Part shown: positions 57,493 to 64,000 of the stretch, piece after piece | Position numbering within the stretch: the stretch's first letter is position 1 | How the letters are laid out: every line of letters starts with the position of its first letter | IMG/VR virus record: IMGVR_UViG_3300025253_000052 | Strand: one strand, 5' to 3' | Source: a virus | DNA length: 64,000 nucleotides | The notes under the pieces: model-generated | The model's input: the letters and a program-made list of their open reading frames with translations, nothing else | Told to the model about the DNA's origin: nothing | Database searches by the model: none | Position numbers and translations under genes: made by a program

Positions 57493-58230
57493 TCAGACGG
57501 ACGTGGCTTGCGCCGTCACCGGAGCGCTCGCCGGCGAGGACTTGGCAGCGGCACTGCCTCGCTTGGCACCCGCCTTCTTTGCCGGCGAGTTCTTGCGCGC
57601 CGCAACCTTCCTGGACGCCTTCTTGGCGGCGGCCGCCGGCGCTGCGTCAGCTTGAGCTGCGGCAGCGCGGCCTCGGGTCTTCTTCGCCGCTGCGGTCTTC
57701 TTGGCCGATGCGACAGGCTTCTTCGCAGCTGCCTTCTTGCCCACGGGCGCCTTTTGCGCCGCGGACTTTGCTTGCTTCGTGCCGCGCGGCAGCTTCTTGC
57801 TGGGCGTCTGGTCAACTGCGAAGCTCTCGAGCGAGCGGCCGGCGTTCAAAGCCTCGCGAAGCCAGACCGGCTGCTGGCCGCGGCCCGCCCAGGTGTTGCC
57901 GTTTTCATCGCGATACTTCGGGGCAAGCGTCACCCCAGCAAGGCTTCCGCGACGCACCTTGGCACCAGCACGCACCTTCTTTGCAGAGACCGCTTTTCCT
58001 GCCCGCGGCGTTGCGGACGCTTGCTTGAGCGCTGCTCCAACGCCGCGCCGTCCCTTTCCGAAGATGTCTTCCATCGTCAGATCGTGCTTGCTGACCAGCA
58101 CCCTTATCTGAGAAATGACTTCACGGGCCTCCGTGAGGCGCGCTTTTTCGACCTCCGCGAGGAGTCGCTGTTCTTGTGCCCTGAGTGCAGCGAGTTGCTT
58201 GTGAAGCGCCTTGGAGGTGAGTTTCGGCAT
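57493..58230 (-). CDS. hns: H-NS family nucleoid protein with long Lys/Ala-rich tail
   Basis: Coiled-coil N-terminus; PKYRDENGNTWAGRGQQPVWL. Confidence 0.88.
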   Translation of the reverse strand: MPKLTSKALHKQLAALRAQEQRLLAEVEKARLTEAREVISQIRVLVSKHDLTMEDIFGKGRRGVGAALKQASATPRAGKAVSAKKVRAGAKVRRGSLAGVTLAPKYRDENGNTWAGRGQQPVWLREALNAGRSLESFAVDQTPSKKLPRGTKQAKSAAQKAPVGKKAAAKKPVASAKKTAAAKKTRGRAAAAQADAAPAAAAKKASRKVAARKNSPAKKAGAKRGSAAAKSSPASAPVTAQATSV

Positions 58231-58480
58231 GCGTCAATGTCCGGTATGTAAATCGGTTTCCTGCAGGGGAAGGGGTGCATGTCTTGAACCAACAAAGCCT
58301 CCCTCCACCTTTCCAGGGACTTTGCGCGGCAAGGTAGATAACCCCTTGCCTTAGCCGCGCGAGGCCCCGATCCTAACCTGTATTGGAAAACCTCCCGTTA
58401 AGTTTGAAACCCTCGTTCAAAGTACCACGGGGTTTCGACATGCTTCGTTGTCGTGCAGGGGTAGCGAGTTTTGGTGGGTT

Positions 58481-59353
58481 TCAAGCTTGCTTTGGCACTA
58501 GGCTGCGGAGCAGATCATTGGTGGCCTTGAGCTCCTCGGCCTTTGCAACGGCTGCGGCCTCACGGGCAACTGCACCCTCCAGGCTTGCCACTTGACGCGA
58601 GCACTCGTCGGCACGTTCTAGAGCGACTTCCTTGGCGCGGCGCTCGGCCTCGAGCTGCGCTTGAAGGACTGCAGCCTGCCGGTTTGCCTCTGCGAGCGCG
58701 GCGCGCGCTTCGACCAAACCTCGCCCTTGTAACTCGACTTCGGCGCGCAAACCCTCTGCGCTCTCGCGAGCGGCTTTCTCCCGCGAGTTCGACTGAGCGA
58801 GTTGTTCCGCACACGAGGCACGCACCTCCACGACGAGCGCCTCGGCAGCGGCGGTCTTCATCGCCGACGTCGCCGCCTCTACACGTGCCGTCTCGGCGCG
58901 TAGCCGCTCTGCCTGCGCGATGCCGCGCGCTGCCTCGAGCTCGCCCACCTGGCTGTCGTTGCGGCCCTTCAGCATCTCGCAATCGGCCGACAGCTGCTTG
59001 ATCTGTTCGTCTTGCTCCGCAACTCTCTCTTCGAGCTCGCCGTTGGCTTGAGCCAGCTCCGTGAGGTCGTTTTGCGTTGAGAGAAGCCGCTCCTTGATGG
59101 CGGCCTGCGCCGCGTCCTCAAGCCGCGCAATGGCACTGGATAGTGCGTTCAGCAACTCGCCGGGGAGCTCGCGCCTGCCGCGCAGCTCGGCTGCCTGGGA
59201 GTCCTTCCAGGCGTTCAGATGCGCGATCAGAGTTGTGTTGCTGCCGCCGAGCCGCTGGCGCAGCTGCGCGACGGTGATCTTCGTCCCGGCCCGGATCATC
59301 GCCATGCACTCTTCGGCGACTCTTTCGTAGGTGACAGTCTCCCGCTTGGCCAT
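58481..59353 (-). CDS. kfrA: KfrA-like DNA-binding coiled-coil protein
   Basis: VTYERVAEEC..ITVAQLRQRLGGSNTTLIAHLNAW followed by a long coiled coil. Confidence 0.8.
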   Translation of the reverse strand: MAKRETVTYERVAEECMAMIRAGTKITVAQLRQRLGGSNTTLIAHLNAWKDSQAAELRGRRELPGELLNALSSAIARLEDAAQAAIKERLLSTQNDLTELAQANGELEERVAEQDEQIKQLSADCEMLKGRNDSQVGELEAARGIAQAERLRAETARVEAATSAMKTAAAEALVVEVRASCAEQLAQSNSREKAARESAEGLRAEVELQGRGLVEARAALAEANRQAAVLQAQLEAERRAKEVALERADECSRQVASLEGAVAREAAAVAKAEELKATNDLLRSLVPKQA

Positions 59354-59366
59354 GAGGTGTGCCTTA

Positions 59367-59399
59367 GTAACGTTGCGTTATCGTAACGTTATCCGTTAT
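59367..59399. promoter_or_regulatory. Short-repeat operator upstream of the kfrA-like gene
   Basis: GTAACGTT x2 and CGTTA x3 within 33 bp. Confidence 0.55.
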
Positions 59400-59438
59400 T
59401 TGGAAGTTTGGACAGAGGGCTTGGCGGTAGACTTGGGA

Positions 59439-60068
59439 ATGACCTCCTCGACCTCACCGCGGATTGACGCCGATGCGCCGCAATCGAGCTTGGCCGAACG
59501 CATGCTGCAAGCCCGGCTCTCGGCATCGATGAGCCAGGCCCAGGCTGCGCAGGCGGTTGGCGTGGCGCAGAGCACCGTCTCCAAGCTCGAACGTGGTGAG
59601 CAGCTGGGCACCGAAGAAATCGTGAAGTTCGCTCGCGCCTACGGTGTCGACATCGCCTGGCTCGCCCTTGGCGAGGGGCCCGGCCCCGCCGAGGCATCGC
59701 TTGCTGGCGATACGCTGGGCGCTCGCCTGGCCTCCGCACGCGCACTGCGCTCCATGACCTACGCCGCGTTGGGCGAGGCCGCAGGAATGACCACACAGGG
59801 AGTCCGCGCCGTCGAAGTGGGCGAGACCAAGGACATCGCCGCACGAAACGCATTCAGCTTGGCCGACGCACTTGGGGTGAGCGCACGGTGGCTTGTTACC
59901 GGCGAAGGCTTGCCGGTAGAGCGGCCTCATGCTGCAAGCGCCGCCTACGACGAGCCTTCGAGTGCCGTGCAGCGACTTGCCAGGCAGCTGCACGCCCTGG
60001 CGCCTGAGAAGCTCACCGCTGTGTGCACGCTGCTGGGTTTGCGTACCGGCGCGACTGCGCCACGGTAA
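59439..60068 (+). CDS. Tandem double XRE-HTH repressor
   Basis: Two HTH units each ending G(V/D)..WL..GEG. Confidence 0.8.
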   Translation: MTSSTSPRIDADAPQSSLAERMLQARLSASMSQAQAAQAVGVAQSTVSKLERGEQLGTEEIVKFARAYGVDIAWLALGEGPGPAEASLAGDTLGARLASARALRSMTYAALGEAAGMTTQGVRAVEVGETKDIAARNAFSLADALGVSARWLVTGEGLPVERPHAASAAYDEPSSAVQRLARQLHALAPEKLTAVCTLLGLRTGATAPR

Positions 60069-60111
60069 AGGGGACCTCTCCCGAGGGTCAGGCGCCGTTG
60101 CTTATTGCGCG

Positions 60112-60378
60112 TCAGAACGCGCTCAGCGTCCCGCCGACTTCCATCCAATGGGTCGGCTCGAACCCGAGCTTGCGGGCGGCCGCGCGCGCGCCGGGCAAGG
60201 TCAGCTCGTCGTCGAGTTCAACGGTCTTCACGTCAACCAGGTTCTCCTTGACGCGAAGGTAGAACCCCTTGCTGGGGTGCCGCTTTGCGAACTCGCGATC
60301 CATGACGATGACTTGCGCGGGAAAGTCGGGCGGCGGCGTTGCGTCGATGACGTTCATCACTTTTCCTTGGGTGTTCAT
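60112..60378 (-). CDS. Small hypothetical protein
   Basis: ATG at 60378 within the ORF-track frame. Confidence 0.55.
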   Translation of the reverse strand: MNTQGKVMNVIDATPPPDFPAQVIVMDREFAKRHPSKGFYLRVKENLVDVKTVELDDELTLPGARAAARKLGFEPTHWMEVGGTLSAF

Positions 60379-60410
60379 TCGAGCCAGGCTACAGCGCGCG
60401 AGGCCGAACT

Positions 60411-60818
60411 TCAAACAGCACGCAGACTCAGCTTCCGCAGGCGGCGCAGCGTACGCGCAGGAGAACTTGCCAAGGCCATCAACGCCATCCCGAGACCAAG
60501 CACCAGCGGCGTACGCCAGGTGAACGGGCTCGCGCCGAAACCGGCCATGGCACTGGCGGCCCACCGCCGCTCAGAGAGATGGTGCGTCGCGCCGTCGACG
60601 GTCGTGACGTCGTAGTCATGGGTGAATAAGTTTGCCGTGACGTCTGCATCGCGCGCCACACAGAGGCCTGTGCTTTCCGGCTTGGCTCCATCAAGGCACG
60701 GAGCTCCGTAGACGACCGTGATGCGCGACCAATGCTGCGTCCAGTAGCACTGCATGGCTACTGCCAAGCCGGCGCAGAAGACCACGACTCGCGCCGCTGT
60801 CGAAAACATTCGTGCCAT
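60411..60818 (-). CDS. Membrane protein with two TM segments
   Basis: GAGGG RBS; N- and C-terminal hydrophobic segments. Confidence 0.6.
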   Translation of the reverse strand: MARMFSTAARVVVFCAGLAVAMQCYWTQHWSRITVVYGAPCLDGAKPESTGLCVARDADVTANLFTHDYDVTTVDGATHHLSERRWAASAMAGFGASPFTWRTPLVLGLGMALMALASSPARTLRRLRKLSLRAV

Positions 60819-60861
60819 ACGCCCCTCCCCTCCCAGATGATCCCTCATTGCCCGACGAGTG

Positions 60862-61242
60862 TCAGTGCACGGCCAGCGGCCTCAACACGGTCTCGGGCTC
60901 TGCATGGAACTGCTGCAGGAGCTGCGGCACGTGTGGCGCTTGCCCGGCGAACTCGGGGCCATGCATCTTATGCTCGACCAGATAATGAAGGAGTTTCAGT
61001 ACGCAGAACCCGTGAAAGGCATCCATCACACGGGCAGGATCGCCGGTGATGTTCCTCAGGCGGAAGCACTCAGCGCTCACAAACTCACTGAACTCGCGCG
61101 GATTCTCGGTCGTGAGTCGCCTGCCCGTGAAGGACTCGATGTCATCCAGGACGTTCTGCGCGAACCAAAGACGGCCCTCGTAGAGGTTCACCATACCGTT
61201 TCGCAGGGCTGTATCTTCGAACTGCTGCAATTGGTCGATCAT
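60862..61242 (-). CDS. Hypothetical protein
   Basis: 126-aa ORF co-oriented with neighbours. Confidence 0.5.
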   Translation of the reverse strand: MIDQLQQFEDTALRNGMVNLYEGRLWFAQNVLDDIESFTGRRLTTENPREFSEFVSAECFRLRNITGDPARVMDAFHGFCVLKLLHYLVEHKMHGPEFAGQAPHVPQLLQQFHAEPETVLRPLAVH

Positions 61243-61424
61243 CCACGGAACCTATTTCTTGGTCGCGCCGATTTCAAGCGCTGGAACGCGTCCGCCGCGG
61301 TGTTGCAAGGATGTTGAGCAAGCTGGCAGATGCAGGGGTGGGGAGGTGGCTCTACGGGCGTTTGGCAGGTAGACTGTGTATCCTATCTGCGAACCTTGAA
61401 CCCATCTTGAGACCTGGAACTGCG

Positions 61425-61721
61425 ATGGCGCCCGCCGCCCTCGTCCCCTTTCTGCTTCTGACTGGCTGCGGCTTCGGGCCGAGTGACGCCAACGTGGAAG
61501 CCAGCGTTCGCGTCGCGTTGATGGCTCACAACCGCAACACGCTCATCCACTCGATCACCAGCAAAGGCTGTGTCTCTGATTCCGAGCATCTGGGCTACGT
61601 CTGCGCTGTGGACCTGCGCGCCGAGGTCAGCCCGCAAAACACGGGTGAGCCGCCTTCCCCGTTGCCACTGGAAGTGGACTACCACTTGTCCTCGGTTGAC
61701 GGCGTCTGGCGAGTCGACTGA
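61425..61721 (+). CDS. Small lipoprotein
   Basis: Lipobox LLTGC; two further Cys. Confidence 0.6.
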   Translation: MAPAALVPFLLLTGCGFGPSDANVEASVRVALMAHNRNTLIHSITSKGCVSDSEHLGYVCAVDLRAEVSPQNTGEPPSPLPLEVDYHLSSVDGVWRVD

Positions 61722-61834
61722 AGTCACGTCGCCCTGTTGTATTCGACCGTTCGTTCTGCTATCTCACCCAGGCAGGCGCGCCGCCCTCGGCGTCGTCAGC
61801 AACTTCAGCAACCCCAGAACCTGAGGAAGACACG

Positions 61835-62161
61835 ATGAAACACAACCACTGCCTGGCACTTGCGCTCTGCGCCGCGGCGCTCGCGACCACCACCAGCTTC
61901 GCGGCCGAGACCGTGACCACGGATGCGCATGCCATGTACAAGGACGTGGCCGCCTGCAACGCCGACGCGGTCGGTACCGTCGTGTCGACCAAGGTCTCCA
62001 AGCCCAAGGGCGTCGACCACCAGGTGCTGTCCGTCGTGGTCAAGCTCAAGTCCGGCGGCAAGAAGTTCACCTCGACCGTCGACGACGGCCCGAGCAAGCC
62101 GGTGGCCAAGGCCAGCGAGTTCCCGGCCGGCTCGGGCTTCTGCGCCATCGACAAGGTCTGA
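61835..62161 (+). CDS. Small secreted protein
   Basis: GAGG RBS; signal peptide ending SFA. Confidence 0.75.
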   Translation: MKHNHCLALALCAAALATTTSFAAETVTTDAHAMYKDVAACNADAVGTVVSTKVSKPKGVDHQVLSVVVKLKSGGKKFTSTVDDGPSKPVAKASEFPAGSGFCAIDKV

Positions 62162-62202
62162 CCTCCCCTGACGCCAGGCGTACCTGGCAACCAAGATGGC
62201 AC

Positions 62203-62227
62203 AAGGCCCGCTCGTAGCGGGCCTTTT
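62203..62227 (+). terminator. Rho-independent terminator
   Basis: AAGGCCCGC-TCGTA-GCGGGCCTTTT. Confidence 0.8.
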
Positions 62228-62322
62228 CATTTGGCCAATCGCGTGCAAGCGCGAGGCCAGCGTCATTGCAGGCGCAGTTCCGTGAGAGCCGTGCCGAACG
62301 TCGAGGCCCCCACGAGGCTAGC

Positions 62323-62817
62323 CTAGAGCCAGGTGGCGCACGCCTCCTGCGCAGCGGCTTCCACGGATGCAAAGGGCCCCAGGGCTCCGGCGACAACGTG
62401 GGTTGCGAAGATGTCGCCATTGGCCTTTGTGCGCATCACGATGCCGTAGCCTGCGCATCGTTCAAGGTCCGACGTCTGCGCCAACCCTGGCTCCGGTGCC
62501 GCCAAGGCCTGCACGCGAGTCACGAGCTGCGCGTCCAAGCGCAGCTGAACGTAGGAACTGTAGTCCTGCGCGGGATACCCAAGCTCATGCAGGCGCTGTG
62601 CGAACGCCTCACCAGCTCGGGCCGGTGCGAGCCAGGGACTGGTGCCGGAATTCCGCTCAATGGCGGACAGGAGCGCTGCGTGCGAGTTGTACCCGCAGGA
62701 GGCTGCGACGGCCTCGCTCAAATGCGCGGACTTGATACGCGGGAAAGCCGTATGAAGGTTGCGCTTGAGCTCGCGCAAAAGGGTGTGGGCGTGGCCCAGG
62801 TCAGAGGTTTGGCGCAT
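62323..62817 (-). CDS. Hypothetical protein with small helical N-domain
   Basis: GGAG RBS; IKSAHLSEAVAASCGYNSHAALL. Confidence 0.65.
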   Translation of the reverse strand: MRQTSDLGHAHTLLRELKRNLHTAFPRIKSAHLSEAVAASCGYNSHAALLSAIERNSGTSPWLAPARAGEAFAQRLHELGYPAQDYSSYVQLRLDAQLVTRVQALAAPEPGLAQTSDLERCAGYGIVMRTKANGDIFATHVVAGALGPFASVEAAAQEACATWL

Positions 62818-63042
62818 ATCAGCTCCATGGTTTCGTTCGACGTTCCCCGATTACGCGCCGAAGGTTCCAAGGAGCGCCTTGCGACAAGGTCAGACGCGCC
62901 CGCGCATTGCCCAGAGCAGTCGCTGTCTTTAACCCGAGGACAGGTTGGGCCCAGCAGCCTGAGCCCGATCTTACGCTTGCGGTCGCTTCTCGCCTAGTCC
63001 TGCCTGCACCCGCCGGACTCGCTCTCGACTACGGCAGTCGAC

Positions 63043-64000
63043 TCACCAGAGCCCCATCTGGTCCGTGTTGCTCTCTTCACCGGTCGCTGCACCACGTCGA
63101 CCGCCGCGCGTCACGGTCGTCGAAGCCTGAACCCTGTACCAGTCGTCGCCCCATCCGTGGTCATCGTTGTAGAGGAAGCGCAGCTCGTTGTGCGGCAGCA
63201 CCGCTTCACGCATCCATGCCACCATGGCCCCCGAGTCATCGCCGCTGGGGCTTTGCTCTGGCGAGCGGCCGAGCGTGGCATAGACGCCCTCGAGCACGGA
63301 GTACAAAGGCACCTTGGAACCGATGCGCTGTTGGGACAGCCATTGGATGACGGCCAGCTGCCAGAGCTTGTGATGGGTGCCGCCGAACCGGCGCGTCGGA
63401 TGAACCTCCGACTCGTCGCGACGTCCCAGCCACTTCAGGCTTCCCAGGCCCACGGGAGGCTTGAGAAGGTCGACACCAGCCCTCTTGGCCAGCCCGTCCA
63501 TGTCTGCCCTCTCCTGGGCCGACATCACCGCCATCTTGGCAATGGCAGCCTCAATCGCCTCGAGCTCTTGAGCAGCACGTTCGCTGGCGACGCGGATGTC
63601 GTCCTTCATGACGATGTCGGCGCCGGCGACAAGCTCGCGCTTGGCTCCCGACCTTACGAGGCCTCTCAAGTCCTCGAAGCTTACGCACTTGTAGACCTGG
63701 TCGCTCAAGTCGATTTCCAGCACTGGGATAGACATCCCCTGCAAGACCTGTCGCTTGGCCGCGTCCACTGCGTGTGTGACCAGCACTTCGACGCCGAGCG
63801 GGCCCAATTCAGTCTCGAGCTTGGCGTCGAGCCGGACGTCGCCGGCAAGGCTGAAGAGCGCCACCTCGAGCTCGGCGGCGTGTACGGCGGCAAGCTGCGC
63901 GCTCCTGGTTGCCTCCACCTTCAGAGTCCAGCCAGTGGAGTCCTTTCGGTCGGCAAGCGCAAGCGTCGTGGCCGGAAGCTGGATCGCGGTCAGTTCTGTG
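63043..64000 (-). CDS. CoiA-like PD-(D/E)XK nuclease-domain protein, 5' end beyond the window
   Basis: RLDAK..VEVLVTHAVDAAK..VLEIDLS; frame open to the window edge. Confidence 0.6.
   Translation of the reverse strand, partial: TELTAIQLPATTLALADRKDSTGWTLKVEATRSAQLAAVHAAELEVALFSLAGDVRLDAKLETELGPLGVEVLVTHAVDAAKRQVLQGMSIPVLEIDLSDQVYKCVSFEDLRGLVRSGAKRELVAGADIVMKDDIRVASERAAQELEAIEAAIAKMAVMSAQERADMDGLAKRAGVDLLKPPVGLGSLKWLGRRDESEVHPTRRFGGTHHKLWQLAVIQWLSQQRIGSKVPLYSVLEGVYATLGRSPEQSPSGDDSGAMVAWMREAVLPHNELRFLYNDDHGWGDDWYRVQASTTVTRGGRRGAATGEESNTDQMGLW

Noticed and set aside
1..64000. Genome-wide UGA recoding
   Set aside because: Well-defined genes (thyA, hipA, umuD, hns) end in TGA at their expected C-termini, and long genes are not peppered with TGA.

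Overview
GC-rich accessory DNA that most resembles a betaproteobacterial megaplasmid or ICE. This is inferred from kfrA-like, hns, ssb-like, umuDC-like, hipBA, orphan DNA methyltransferase, DsbC-like and thyA genes among many small orphan ORFs; no replicon or transfer genes are visible. Two systems stand out. (1) At least 19 ORFs, mostly in tightly coupled tandem arrays, end in the same bipartite signature: a helix with a conserved Met followed by xxx[ILVM], an Ala/Pro/Ser-rich linker, then RRxx[V/L/I]-COOH. About 13 of them also share a diverged ankyrin-like domain. They look like an expanded repertoire of translocated (type IV secretion-like) substrates or commonly degron-tagged proteins. 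(2) A promoter-driven locus at 37.6-39.6 kb has a 76-nt tRNA with a UCA (UGA-reading) anticodon that is not tRNA-Sec. It is followed by a leader ORF with two in-frame UGA codons (one in a Pro-Pro-stop context), an orphan gene, a Pth2-like peptidyl-tRNA hydrolase, and an HD-hydrolase gene with an in-frame UGA inside a stem-loop. This suggests a stop-codon-readthrough-gated translation module. Also notable: a UmuD lacking its catalytic residues, a probable DotL-like fragment, twin secreted proteins with 20-Pro rods, and a Tle1-like lipase. All family assignments come from motif recognition by eye, not database searches.
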